Source of the DNA: a virus
Length of the DNA stretch: 64,000 nt
Strand: one strand, 5' to 3'
IMG/VR virus record: IMGVR_UViG_3300025645_004731
Coordinates: 1-64,000 of that record
In this document: in pieces, positions 28,249 to 37,970 of the stretch
How the letters are laid out: every line of letters begins with the position of its first letter
How positions within the stretch are numbered: the first letter of the stretch is position 1
The notes under the pieces: generated by a model
Told to the model about the DNA's origin: nothing
Database searches by the model: none
What the model saw: only the letters and a program-made list of their open reading frames with translations
Made by a program: the position numbers and the translations under genes

Positions 28249-28779
28249 TTAATCCCATAAGTTCTCAAAATAAGTTCCAAACAGTTTAAATCCGTTTGTC
28301 ATTCGTTCTTGGTGTGCTTTTCGTCCTGCATGGTCCTTACACACAAGTTTTGATCCGCCAAAGAAACCGTCGTAATTTTTTTCATCTGGACTTAGTACAT
28401 GATGTTCGTAGTAATCACTTTCCCAATCATCACGACACTTTTGTTCAAACGCCCAAACCATTTCGTCTAGAATCCAATCCCAACGTTCGAAGTGCTTGGG
28501 ATCAACATCGCCATTCTTGCCGTATGCGTCTAACTGCTTTTTAGTAGCACGTAGTTCTCGTGGAACATCTTTCATGTCTACCATAGGAGCACCGTGTTTA
28601 GTTTCTTTCAACTGTACAAGCATAGGCAAGATAATAGGAGCAAGAGTATCGTCCATGCTCCATGTATCGTATTTGTGTATCTTTATACTTGTTCGTTGCT
28701 GTTGACTATAACCAAACCAGTTATACAACCAGTTGTGATAGAACCTATGAGTAGGATATTTTCCAATCTTTACTCGCAT
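28249..28779 (-). CDS. Hypothetical phage protein
   Basis: DTWSMDDTLA...WDWILDEM...ENLWD. Confidence 0.75.
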   Translation of the reverse strand: MRVKIGKYPTHRFYHNWLYNWFGYSQQQRTSIKIHKYDTWSMDDTLAPIILPMLVQLKETKHGAPMVDMKDVPRELRATKKQLDAYGKNGDVDPKHFERWDWILDEMVWAFEQKCRDDWESDYYEHHVLSPDEKNYDGFFGGSKLVCKDHAGRKAHQERMTNGFKLFGTYFENLWD

Positions 28780-28940
28780 TCGCTGTATCCAAAAATTGTT
28801 TCATCTATTATTTCAACACTAAATGGATCTACTTCTTTACAGACAATATCATCACATGCCCACACTGCTGGTGAGCCATCTTCTAACTCTACAAAATAAA
28901 CTTTTTTTGTAAGTTCAACAGTTTCTACTCTAACTTTCAT
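28770..28940 (-). CDS. Small hypothetical protein (56 aa, not in ORF track)
   Basis: MKVRVETVELTKKVYFVELEDG...YSECE; fills the gap and overlaps both neighbours. Confidence 0.6.
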   Translation of the reverse strand: MKVRVETVELTKKVYFVELEDGSPAVWACDDIVCKEVDPFSVEIIDETIFGYSECE

Positions 28941-29200
28941 TATTCTGCCAACGTTTCTGAGGCAACACTACGGCAAAGATCATTAAACCATAGGTCTACG
29001 ATTTCCTCGTCATTCTCGCCAGCATACCCTGCTTCACCAAGAAGTCCAACAAAGTCAGCATTCCAGTCTAGTTCAAAGTATCCACGTGTCGGATCATCCT
29101 TGTCAAAATGTACCTCGACAACAGTGACCCACGGACCCTTTGCTGTTTCTTTAGTTAATTTTTTACTACTCTTAAAAATATTCTTTAGTTTATCAAGCAT
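28940..29200 (-). CDS. Hypothetical phage protein
   Basis: PWVTVV...FELDWN...VDLWF. Confidence 0.75.
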   Translation of the reverse strand: MLDKLKNIFKSSKKLTKETAKGPWVTVVEVHFDKDDPTRGYFELDWNADFVGLLGEAGYAGENDEEIVDLWFNDLCRSVASETLAE

Positions 29201-29408
29201 CCGGATTCTCCTTCAAATATTTCACACGTTGCGTAATTTCAGTTACTTCAACGTACTTAGGTTCAGTGTATGAGGTAGTGCCTTTAACTGCCGCATTAAT
29301 ATACACATCATGTTTATGTAACGCTGCCCAAGTTTTATTAATGGCAGCTACATCTTTATTGAACTGTTTTACAAGTTCTGTTACTTTAGGATCTTTCATT
29401 AATACCAT
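29193..29408 (-). CDS. Hypothetical protein
   Basis: In operon. Confidence 0.6.
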   Translation of the reverse strand: MVLMKDPKVTELVKQFNKDVAAINKTWAALHKHDVYINAAVKGTTSYTEPKYVEVTEITQRVKYLKENPDA

Positions 29409-29698
29409 CCCATCATCATACGAGTGTCTTCTGGAACCATTTCGATACTAAACGGAGGATCAAAAACTAGTTCTCTGTTTACAGTTTCGACACCCTCAAG
29501 TGCGCCAACTGCTGTTTCAATACCTTCACAAATCTCGTCTGCGAAAGGACACATCATGCTAGTCAGTGTATGCTTGATGTGTACCTCTGTATCTTTACAA
29601 TTTACTTCGTAAATTAGTCCAAGCTCTTCTACGCTTAAACTGATTTCAGGATCATACACTTCTTTAAGTGCTTCCCTTACAATCTCTTCAGTTACCAT
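29399..29698 (-). CDS. DUF59/SufT-PaaD-like Fe-S assembly protein
   Basis: VYDPEI..S.EELGLIY, TLTSMMCP, VFDPPF. Confidence 0.88.
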   Translation of the reverse strand: MVTEEIVREALKEVYDPEISLSVEELGLIYEVNCKDTEVHIKHTLTSMMCPFADEICEGIETAVGALEGVETVNRELVFDPPFSIEMVPEDTRMMMGWY

Positions 29699-30786
29699 CC
29701 TAATTTCTCCCAAGGTACATCTTTGTCACCAAAGTGTCCATATACGCAATTCGTACTATAATTAGTATAACTGAATAAATCGAATCTGTCAATGATTCCT
29801 TTTGGTGATAAGTCAATTTCATTACGAATAAAACGCTCAATGCTGCGATTGTGTCCGTTACTGTCTACAAGAATACTAGTAGGTTGCTTAACACCAATAG
29901 CATAGCTCAACTGAATGTTGCACCAATCTGCCATTTCATCTGCTACTACGTTCTTTGCTAACCAACGTGCCATGTAAGCAGCGGACCGATCAACCTTTGT
30001 TGGATCTTTGCCACTAAAAGCGCCACCACCGTGAGGAGCAAAACCCCCATAGGTATCAACAATAATCTTACGCCCAGTAACACCAGCGTCACCATCGGGC
30101 CCACCGATAACAAAGTTGCCAGTAGGATTAAGATGCCAGACAGTATTTTCATCAATTAAATCTCCCAGAGCATGGTGTGCTGCTTGTTTTGCAAGCACTC
30201 TCGCTGTTTCAATTTCGCCATCAGCATGTTGTGTGCTGATAACAATTTGGTCAATGCGCTTAACGATGCCTTCGCGCCTAGCACCTTCGTACTCCACACT
30301 CACTTGTGATTTAGCATCAGGACCTAATACGCTGTCTAGTTTACGCAGTTCTTTTAGTTCTTTTAGAATTTCGTGACTGTAGTGAATAGGCGCTGGCATC
30401 ATACTGTCTGTATGATTACACGCATAGCCAAACATAATACCCTGATCACCAGCACCAAAGTCATCAGTGCCCAGCGCAATGTCAGCACTTTGTGAATGGA
30501 TCTCGTTATAGATGTTTAGTTTATCCCAGTGAAATCCATCTTGCTCGTAACCAATGTCACGAACTTTGTTACGCACGATTTCTTTAACTTCGTCTCTGCT
30601 TACGTTAAAGTTTTTAACTTCGCCTGCTAACGTAACATGGTTAGTAGTTACAAGTGTTTCGACTGCTACTCGTGTTGTAGAGTCGCCAGCCTTTAATCCA
30701 GCATCTACCAGCGCATCACTAATCTGATCCGCTACTTTATCTGGATGTCCGTCACTAACACTTTCGCTAGTAAAAATATAGTTCAT
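29692..30786 (-). CDS. metK: S-adenosylmethionine synthetase
   Basis: FTSESVSDGHPDK, GAGDQG, GGGAFSGKDPTKVDRS. Confidence 0.97.
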   Translation of the reverse strand: MNYIFTSESVSDGHPDKVADQISDALVDAGLKAGDSTTRVAVETLVTTNHVTLAGEVKNFNVSRDEVKEIVRNKVRDIGYEQDGFHWDKLNIYNEIHSQSADIALGTDDFGAGDQGIMFGYACNHTDSMMPAPIHYSHEILKELKELRKLDSVLGPDAKSQVSVEYEGARREGIVKRIDQIVISTQHADGEIETARVLAKQAAHHALGDLIDENTVWHLNPTGNFVIGGPDGDAGVTGRKIIVDTYGGFAPHGGGAFSGKDPTKVDRSAAYMARWLAKNVVADEMADWCNIQLSYAIGVKQPTSILVDSNGHNRSIERFIRNEIDLSPKGIIDRFDLFSYTNYSTNCVYGHFGDKDVPWEKLGW

Positions 30787-31271
30787 AAATGTTTCCTTAA
30801 TTTGTCGTCTAGGTTTTTAATCGGAGCCTTCATGGCCCGCTCGTGTTGTTCATTTTTATATCCAAGTTCTTTACGTATTTCCGCAGAGTGAAATGTGTAG
30901 TCTCCTGCCAACTCGTCATCCTTTTTCCATACTGTCATTAGTCTCTTGGTGAACGACACGATTACACTTTTCATTGCTTTCGTCCACTTAGACGAGATAT
31001 ATTGGATACTCAGCCCGGGAATTCCCATATTGCCGAACAGTTCGCCTACTCGCCGGATCGACGTGACCAATAGTGGTAGCAGAGTTGAAATGAAGATCGC
31101 CATCATCAACAAGAAAATACTTATGAGTAACGCCAGACTCAATAACATCATTTCGACTTTCGTCCGAAATAAAGAGATATCGGCGTCAACTCTGTGCGAT
31201 TGTAATTCTGATATCGTATGTTTGATTATCAAAGAAACCGTTGTGTGAATATTTTTCAGTATTGTTTTCAT
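30783..31271 (-). CDS. Hypothetical membrane protein (probably leaderless)
   Basis: Long hydrophobic stretch; ATG 7 nt after the -10 box. Confidence 0.6.
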   Translation of the reverse strand: MKTILKNIHTTVSLIIKHTISELQSHRVDADISLFRTKVEMMLLSLALLISIFLLMMAIFISTLLPLLVTSIRRVGELFGNMGIPGLSIQYISSKWTKAMKSVIVSFTKRLMTVWKKDDELAGDYTFHSAEIRKELGYKNEQHERAMKAPIKNLDDKLRKHL

Positions 31272-31277
31272 ATTACA

Positions 31278-31306
31278 ACTATACTACTTATCTGTGCCTT
31301 TGTCAA
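31278..31306 (-). promoter_or_regulatory. sigma70-type promoter
   Basis: TTGACA-17 nt-TATAGT. Confidence 0.75.
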
Positions 31307-31386
31307 CCATTAAATAAGCATATCTTCACTAAATACTACAGCATGAGCGAGATTATTAACACAACACACCACACGGAGAATCAGCC

Positions 31387-32358
31387 ATGGCATGGATAAT
31401 AAGATATACAATCAAGTGGATAGTCCAGGGATGGATTATTGAAAAATTAGCAAAACGTTTAATAAATTGGATGATAGAGAAATATTCATTAGGAGAAAAC
31501 TTCATACAAAGTTTCACAAAGCCACACGAGGTTGATTGGAATAGTATACGATGGTTCGCAGTGTTTGCTAGAATGGCATATAAGAAAGATAACGATGTAA
31601 TAAGAGCACATTACAAGGACTATGATGTTTACATTAATGAAATAAATGAAGTGAAATACATCGTCATTAGTGATTCGATAAAAAAAGAGCAATACATTTC
31701 TGTTCGTGGAACAAGTAACTCGCACAACGCATTACAAGACATCAACTTTCTTCGTAGCAAGAGCCGTAGACTTGGCATTTCTTTACACAGTGGATTTCAC
31801 AGAACCGCCGAGTTAATTGCTGATGATTTAATACCTAGACTAGATACAACATGGACCACATGGGTCACTGGACATTCACTTGGCGCAGCCGATGCGCTGA
31901 TTGTTGGATGGTACCTTGACCACGCTGGGCACAGTGTAGCAGAGTGTATAAATTTCGGTCAACCTAAAGTAACAGACAGTCGCGGTATTCACAAGATGCG
32001 TGATAAAATAAAAATTACTCGTGTTGTTAATGAAACAGATATAGTACCGTTAGTGCCGCCAAGTGGTACTCATGTACACAGATATGCCCATAATGGCGAG
32101 TTACTCAAGTTATTAGATAATGGCAAATATTGCTTCTTGGAAGAACCTGATAGCCTAAATTATGGCGTAAATAGTTTTTGGTTGTTTGCTGCCAGAGAAA
32201 GTTTCTCATTCTACGAGATTGGCAAAGAATTGCCTGACCACTTTATGGACAACTATATTGACAATATAGATGCCATCATAGCTGAAACAGAAGAAGTTAA
32301 TTGGAAAGATAGACTAGGATATCTGGATAACTCCGGTATAGCAGGCGAATGGATCTAA
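31387..32358 (+). CDS. Lipase class 3 family protein
   Basis: VRGT, HSGF, TGHSLGAA, FGQPKV, DIVPLVP; CTAAATA and GGAG upstream. Confidence 0.88.
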   Translation: MAWIIRYTIKWIVQGWIIEKLAKRLINWMIEKYSLGENFIQSFTKPHEVDWNSIRWFAVFARMAYKKDNDVIRAHYKDYDVYINEINEVKYIVISDSIKKEQYISVRGTSNSHNALQDINFLRSKSRRLGISLHSGFHRTAELIADDLIPRLDTTWTTWVTGHSLGAADALIVGWYLDHAGHSVAECINFGQPKVTDSRGIHKMRDKIKITRVVNETDIVPLVPPSGTHVHRYAHNGELLKLLDNGKYCFLEEPDSLNYGVNSFWLFAARESFSFYEIGKELPDHFMDNYIDNIDAIIAETEEVNWKDRLGYLDNSGIAGEWI

Positions 32359-32522
32359 TCTTTCTTGATTGATAGCGTAAATGAACCATTTTCGTTGTCG
32401 GTCCACACTATTGTGTCACCTTCTTTCCAATTCATCGTTTCTAACATATCGTCAGGAAATTCAAGAAACAACTCTCCGTTGTCGCTGTCTTCTTGTACGG
32501 TCAATGTGTTATTCTGGTCCAT
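32355..32522 (-). CDS. AbrB/SpoVT-like small protein (55 aa, not in ORF track)
   Basis: GELFLEFPDDMLETMNWKEGDTIVW; AAGGAG RBS. Confidence 0.65.
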   Translation of the reverse strand: MDQNNTLTVQEDSDNGELFLEFPDDMLETMNWKEGDTIVWTDNENGSFTLSIKKD

Positions 32523-32532
32523 GGTAACTCCT

Positions 32533-33456
32533 TTAGCATTTCCAAATATATATCTTGTCTTGTTTCTTTTTGCCTGTTTGTTGGCCTAGTTGTTGCTTCA
32601 GGTCCTCTTCATCGTCACATACTGGTAGTCCGTGCGCGACGGCATCATCATACATCTTAGGACTGATGTTAAAACACACATGCCCTCCTGCTTGTATATT
32701 ATCAACACACTTTTGCCAAAGAGGAATAAAAAAGCCTTTATAAAATGCTTCGTCACTGTTCCACACTTCCATATGTTCATATATTTCTAAGTTAACATAA
32801 GGAGGGCTAGTTAGCACAAAATCATAATCCAGTTTACTGAAATCAACGTCCAACGCACTTTGCCAAATCATTTGTAATTTACCAGACTGCTTTTCTTCTA
32901 TTAGTGGATTATTGAATTCACTATAGTTACCAAGATACTCCATCATACTGTCATATGCCGGCTTCATGTTGGTGTTTGTGTCAATGCCTGTGTAGCTGAT
33001 ATCCAACGCCCACGCACCCAACATACGTCCGCCCCAACCTGCTGTAGGATCCAATACACTTTTAACTGAATACTTCTTATACAGATACTTAGCTGTTGTG
33101 CTTTTGAACATTACGATACTGCCGAGATTAATTCTAAAGCATTCAAACACATTGCCAGCAGCAGTACGTCCGCCTCTGTTACGCTTACGTGCGCTATCTA
33201 TAAGTTTACTCCACGCTGATTTATCAGCATAAAGTTCATAGATAGTTTTGCCCTTCTCACGTTTACAGTTAAGCAGATTCTTAAACTGGAAATGATATAG
33301 GAAAGGATTGCCATAAAAGTTATTGCGATTCTCAGTAGCATCAAAGTTCTTTAAGTTTTTAAGATCCCTATTCAAATCATCATTACTAATCAGCTTGTGA
33401 TCTTCCACATCTGTTATTGTAACGCTGTCTAGATTTTCATTAACTGGTTTAAGCAT
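32533..33456 (-). CDS. Amino (N4-C/N6-A) DNA methyltransferase
   Basis: VLDPTAGWGG (motif I), TSPPY (motif IV). Confidence 0.85.
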   Translation of the reverse strand: MLKPVNENLDSVTITDVEDHKLISNDDLNRDLKNLKNFDATENRNNFYGNPFLYHFQFKNLLNCKREKGKTIYELYADKSAWSKLIDSARKRNRGGRTAAGNVFECFRINLGSIVMFKSTTAKYLYKKYSVKSVLDPTAGWGGRMLGAWALDISYTGIDTNTNMKPAYDSMMEYLGNYSEFNNPLIEEKQSGKLQMIWQSALDVDFSKLDYDFVLTSPPYVNLEIYEHMEVWNSDEAFYKGFFIPLWQKCVDNIQAGGHVCFNISPKMYDDAVAHGLPVCDDEEDLKQQLGQQTGKKKQDKIYIWKC

Positions 33457-34136
33457 TATTGTCCTAGTAAATTTAATACATTGCCTTCACGTCGATCTCT
33501 CGCCACATGTGTAAAGTAGTTAGTCTTGATACCGCCGCCAGCTTGAAAGAATTGCTTACGACAAGTAACAATAAACCCACTCATAAACTCATCTGCGTCT
33601 TTAGCTAGATCGTTAAACGTAGCAGCAATCGCATTCATTTGTCCCACTGCGTCATTAAAGTGTGAAATTGTTTCTTTTGTGATTACGTCTTCGCCCATAA
33701 ACATAGTAGTCGCATTTGCTTTAGCACTGCTCATAATATAAACGGCGCCTAGTTTAGGTGTGCTATCATTCCACATAGGATGCGTACCCTTAGCACTTTT
33801 ACATTCAACAGCAACAATCTTGCCGTCAAAATCTTTTACTAAAATGTCTGGGAAACTTTGTGAACCGCCTGGTTGTAGAATATAACTACCGCACGGCATA
33901 TCAGACAGTATGTCGTCTAGTTGATTGCCAAATTCATTGTCCCACCACTCTTTTAGATGCTTGCGCTGTAATTGCGGGAAGTCTGGTTGAACAAAGCCTT
34001 GAAAGCCACATTCTGATAGCACTACTGCCACAGCATCTTCATGCCCTGGATTGTAATCACCACTACGGGCATTATCATTCTTATAATAACCCATCTGTAA
34101 GATAAGTTCACCTGCTGCTTTAAGTTGTGTTGACAT
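33456..34136 (-). CDS. PD-(D/E)xK restriction endonuclease-like protein
   Basis: SQSFPDILV...VECKS; TAATG coupling to the methyltransferase. Confidence 0.7.
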   Translation of the reverse strand: MSTQLKAAGELILQMGYYKNDNARSGDYNPGHEDAVAVVLSECGFQGFVQPDFPQLQRKHLKEWWDNEFGNQLDDILSDMPCGSYILQPGGSQSFPDILVKDFDGKIVAVECKSAKGTHPMWNDSTPKLGAVYIMSSAKANATTMFMGEDVITKETISHFNDAVGQMNAIAATFNDLAKDADEFMSGFIVTCRKQFFQAGGGIKTNYFTHVARDRREGNVLNLLGQ

Positions 34137-34169
34137 AGTATACTCCTGTACGTTTTTGTCTATAGAATA

Positions 34170-34198
34170 ATACTAACACAAGAGAATACCATTGTCAA
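34170..34198 (-). promoter_or_regulatory. sigma70-type promoter
   Basis: TTGACA-17 nt-TAGTAT. Confidence 0.7.
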
Positions 34199-34201
34199 CT
34201 G

Positions 34202-35350
34202 TTATTTTATTATAAGTTCTGGTATCCAAGGACAAATATCTTTTGTTTTTAGTCCTGGATTCATATCCCATACTTTAACGAAATCTGTCAGATATTCTCG
34301 TTCTGTATCGGTTATATTACGTTCCAGATTACATCCTTCGTTGAAAAATTTACGATAAGCTGGCTGATCTTTTTCTGGCAACCAAGATATATCCATTGAC
34401 TGGACAATATCAATAAATTCTTGTCTATATTTGATTGGTACTAATTTGTATTCTAAGAACGATGAATCCTTTAATACATTACATCCGATACTGATATCGT
34501 CGAATTGTTTAAGCCATTCTAGAAATTTAGGCATACCTAGTAAGTTCAACTGCGTAATACATGGCAATACACGTATACCAATATTGTCGTTATCTGTTGA
34601 CAGTTTATGTAACGCACGGAAGTTCTTTTCAATCGTTGACCATTTTGCGGGATATCGTTGAAACTCTAATGTCTCTTCTATTCCATCTATACTACATATG
34701 AAATAAACATGCTTGAACTTTTTTAGTTTTTCCATTAACTTTGGCTTAACACTGGTGACATTTGTGATGAAATATATAGTTACATTTGTCTTGTCTCTGG
34801 TTATCAATTCATCAATAAACCATTCTACTTCAGGCATAACAAACGGCTCACCGCCCGCGAACTGAATAATTTCTAAATCATTCAATGTTAGAACTAATTC
34901 TAAAATCTTATTTTTATTTTTGAAATCGACATACAATTCATGCTGTAGAGTAAAGTGATTACTGATGCCCTGATCTTTTAACTTAGTAACTACATTTTTT
35001 ATTTGATCACTGCTATTGACATCACACATTTTACATTGGAGATTACACTTATTGCTAAATCTAACTTCTATCTTTTTAATAGCAATTTCATCATCTACTG
35101 GATCTTTTCTTGCACTTTGTAATCCATTATTTTCTAAATTCCAGCATCTCTTACAGTGATCATTCTGAATGCCATTAGCCAAATCATTTCTTATAGCATT
35201 GAATGGCTCAAATGTTTTATGCCATTCCGCAAGATCGGTAATATCGTTCCAGTCAGGAGCCTCCCAGCCTCTTCCTTGCATACAGCACTGAGCAATATTA
35301 TTTTCTGTTCCTAAGAACAATTCCGTGTTTGCTATTTTACAACTAAGCAT
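34202..35350 (-). CDS. Radical SAM protein with N-terminal Cys cluster
   Basis: N-terminal C..CC..CKRC; CNLQCKMC; AGGEPF; SIDG. Confidence 0.88.
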   Translation of the reverse strand: MLSCKIANTELFLGTENNIAQCCMQGRGWEAPDWNDITDLAEWHKTFEPFNAIRNDLANGIQNDHCKRCWNLENNGLQSARKDPVDDEIAIKKIEVRFSNKCNLQCKMCDVNSSDQIKNVVTKLKDQGISNHFTLQHELYVDFKNKNKILELVLTLNDLEIIQFAGGEPFVMPEVEWFIDELITRDKTNVTIYFITNVTSVKPKLMEKLKKFKHVYFICSIDGIEETLEFQRYPAKWSTIEKNFRALHKLSTDNDNIGIRVLPCITQLNLLGMPKFLEWLKQFDDISIGCNVLKDSSFLEYKLVPIKYRQEFIDIVQSMDISWLPEKDQPAYRKFFNEGCNLERNITDTEREYLTDFVKVWDMNPGLKTKDICPWIPELIIK

Positions 35351-35353
35351 GAG

Positions 35354-35923
35354 TTAGGAGATATTTTCGTGGATACGGCCCATTTTCTTCCGAGTGTATT
35401 CCCATGGATACACAACTGTCTTTCCTTCATCCGTGAGCAGATGAGCAGTATACGTGTCTTCGACAAACTCATTAGCATCATTATCGGTCAGCACGGCAAA
35501 TCGTACATTATTGCCCCAGACTGTAGACCAACTATCTTGATTAGGGAAACATCCACTTTCCCAATCTTTTTTGATCCAGTTAAAGATATTGCCAGTATTA
35601 TTAATGTTATCCACAATAAGAATGTTCTTACGCAGTCCAATATCCCATCGTGCGCCAGTAATGCCAGTCTCTTCAGGATTGTTTACTCCAAACGCTTCCT
35701 CTGCCATCCAAAGATTGCTTTCGCAACTGCTGTCATCTGGTAAATTTACGCTTAGTGATTCGCATCGAACATTTATAATATTACTAATGATAGTAGCAGG
35801 AATACTGCCACTGCCTGTAATGCCAACAATATAATCAGGCTTCCAATCGTCCTGGTACATTTGCGTGACAATATTCATGCTCATGTCTTCGACTTCTTTC
35901 CAACTGTAATAGTGATTTTTCAT
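35354..35923 (-). CDS. Phosphoribosyltransferase-like protein (degenerate)
   Basis: KPDYIVGI, ILIVDNINNTG, VYPWE. Confidence 0.75.
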   Translation of the reverse strand: MKNHYYSWKEVEDMSMNIVTQMYQDDWKPDYIVGITGSGSIPATIISNIINVRCESLSVNLPDDSSCESNLWMAEEAFGVNNPEETGITGARWDIGLRKNILIVDNINNTGNIFNWIKKDWESGCFPNQDSWSTVWGNNVRFAVLTDNDANEFVEDTYTAHLLTDEGKTVVYPWEYTRKKMGRIHENIS

Positions 35924-36105
35924 TTGGCGTCCTTACTCTTTTTTTCATCTTTTGTAAGTTTTTGGTTCCATTGGTTATTACTAATGCCAAGTTCACTTGC
36001 CATTTTTTTAGTTTTGCCTTTGGTAATTTTGCCGCCTTTTTTAAGAAACTGTGCCACCAAATCTTCAGTGTCGTTATCTTTTTTAGGGCTATGATTCATC
36101 GCCAT
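35920..36105 (-). CDS. Small hypothetical protein
   Basis: FLKKGGKIT. Confidence 0.6.
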   Translation of the reverse strand: MAMNHSPKKDNDTEDLVAQFLKKGGKITKGKTKKMASELGISNNQWNQKLTKDEKKSKDAK

Positions 36106-36508
36106 ATTGTTCTCCTGTTTTCTCTAATCTATCGGCAACTCTGATCCCACGATATACTTCCATGTATGTATCGTATGCTTCTTTAAGTTCTGGATAATTT
36201 TCTTCTAGGTTTATATTACGTGAAGGCAACATCAATGCTTCACGTAGTTCGTCAATTTCGGCCATAACATCTCGTTCGTTAACCGTTAAATCGCCAGTTA
36301 CATGAGTATTTCTTATGCTGTTGATTGATATGATGTCATCAGCACCTAATATATCGTGTGCTGCTTGAAGTGGTGTCGTGTTGAGCTGTACCGATCCGGG
36401 CAATAATTCTGTTGTTGATGCCCAAGTATTATCTATATTTATGGTGTCACCGTTGTAGGTAATAACGCCGATAGGCAAATCGTCATAGTTATTGCTATAA
36501 TCATTCAT
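36089..36508 (-). CDS. Hypothetical protein
   Basis: In operon; LEENYPELK. Confidence 0.65.
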   Translation of the reverse strand: MNDYSNNYDDLPIGVITYNGDTINIDNTWASTTELLPGSVQLNTTPLQAAHDILGADDIISINSIRNTHVTGDLTVNERDVMAEIDELREALMLPSRNINLEENYPELKEAYDTYMEVYRGIRVADRLEKTGEQYGDES

Positions 36509-37277
36509 CTTCTTCTCTTTCAATATCATCTTCGTGTAGTTCCGCGCCCATCCATACCTCGATTACCTTGGCTGAATGATTGCCTACATTAGTAGCACGA
36601 TGCCATGTACATACTGGAATATCTATACTTTCACCAGGTCCGTATGTCTTTGATAGTTTATCGCCATTTGGATAAATCAGATCCAGTCGCGCCAATCCAG
36701 AAACTATACACCAATGTTCGCTGCGTATAAAGTGTCTCTGATTACTTAGTGATTTGCCAATATCAATACTAAGCTCCTTGACTTGCCATAACTCTTGGCT
36801 GTCAAGAATGGTATAATTTCCCCAGTGTCTGGACACATTTGGCTTTTGCCATTCTTTAAGTATCCAACTACTACTATTCTTTTTATCTTCGCCGCCTACT
36901 CCAAACACAAATTCTACGTCCTTGGAATCGCCGTACATATTATATTCGGGAGTATTGATGTTTGTTCTGTCACCACCATTAGCAAATACTACTTTAGTAT
37001 TGTTGCCGTTGGTTGATAATATTCGCATGATAGCACCACACGCACTGTTGTCACTGTCATTAAATCCAATAATACTATCTACACATGACAGTTCTTGTAT
37101 AATAGCAGACCGTTCTTTGAACGTCATGAATGGTCGTCCCTTCTTTCGGGATAACCATTCATCACTATTCAGACCCACGACGAGTTCATCTCCTAGTCGT
37201 CTCGCTTCTTTGAAGTATGCAATATGACCACTATGTAACGGATCAAATCCGCCAGTGACTATTACAATTTTCTTCAT
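36501..37277 (-). CDS. Cytidylyltransferase-like domain fused to a mannose-6-P-isomerase-type cupin
   Basis: TGGFDPLHSGH, FANGGDR; RHWG...LSNQRH..RSEHW...WHR. Confidence 0.85.
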   Translation of the reverse strand: MKKIVIVTGGFDPLHSGHIAYFKEARRLGDELVVGLNSDEWLSRKKGRPFMTFKERSAIIQELSCVDSIIGFNDSDNSACGAIMRILSTNGNNTKVVFANGGDRTNINTPEYNMYGDSKDVEFVFGVGGEDKKNSSSWILKEWQKPNVSRHWGNYTILDSQELWQVKELSIDIGKSLSNQRHFIRSEHWCIVSGLARLDLIYPNGDKLSKTYGPGESIDIPVCTWHRATNVGNHSAKVIEVWMGAELHEDDIEREEDE

Positions 37278-37594
37278 TTCTTGCGTGAGCCGTTGTATAC
37301 GCCAACGTGAATTTTCAATTTCTTCACGCTGCGATCTTCACTCATCTTCACTGCGATGTCATAGGTGATAGCAGTATCACGAATCATGCTAGTGATGTTG
37401 TAATCACTAACCAGATTAGCATATTTTAGGTCACTAAGATAGGACCAAAACAACCGCTTTACGGTACGTTCACTGCCGTCGGTTGATGCTAGGACACCAT
37501 CATACGGATCGATAATCTTAATCAAGTCCCATTTGATGTCATTGATACTCACTCGTCCTTGACGAAGAGCGCGGATATTAGTTTGTTCAGCCAT
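37274..37594 (-). CDS. Hypothetical protein
   Basis: GGAG RBS. Confidence 0.7.
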   Translation of the reverse strand: MAEQTNIRALRQGRVSINDIKWDLIKIIDPYDGVLASTDGSERTVKRLFWSYLSDLKYANLVSDYNITSMIRDTAITYDIAVKMSEDRSVKKLKIHVGVYNGSRKK

Positions 37595-37650
37595 TGTTAT
37601 GTAGCTCCATGTTTGTCTGATTATCAGACGTTACGATTGATTGTGTAGAT

Positions 37651-37827
37651 TTAGTCTTCTGATTCTACGATAGAGAGTCTTTTTTCCATGCGTTGCATAG
37701 TTTGTAGAATTTCCCATAGTTTCCAGTCCATGGATTTCATCATTTCAAATCCTTGGCGTTTCATGTCATCTTCTGTCAATACGACAGATGTATCGACTTC
37801 TTCCAATACTCTAATTTTCTTTACCAT
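37651..37827 (-). CDS. Small hypothetical protein (58 aa, not in ORF track)
   Basis: MVKKIRVLEE...MDWKLWEILQ...ESED; AGGA upstream. Confidence 0.6.
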   Translation of the reverse strand: MVKKIRVLEEVDTSVVLTEDDMKRQGFEMMKSMDWKLWEILQTMQRMEKRLSIVESED

Positions 37828-37911
37828 TTCTTATGTTTCCTATAATGTCTCGTGATTAATTTCATCTACGAGACTTGATTTTTGTTTAAGGCCATTAATG
37901 CTATGCTTGTA

Positions 37912-37940
37912 CTTATACAGCACTTTGTGCCCGGTGTCAG
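37912..37940 (-). promoter_or_regulatory. sigma70-like promoter (variant)
   Basis: CTGACA-17 nt-TATAAG. Confidence 0.45.
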
Positions 37941-37970
37941 GCATAATATGCCCGTGTTTTGAAAGTTAGT

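Noticed and set aside
37612-37875. Small hairpins GTCTGA/TCAGAC and GTCTCGT/ACGAGAC
   Set aside because: Short stems without clear U-tracts; not enough to call terminators or ncRNA.
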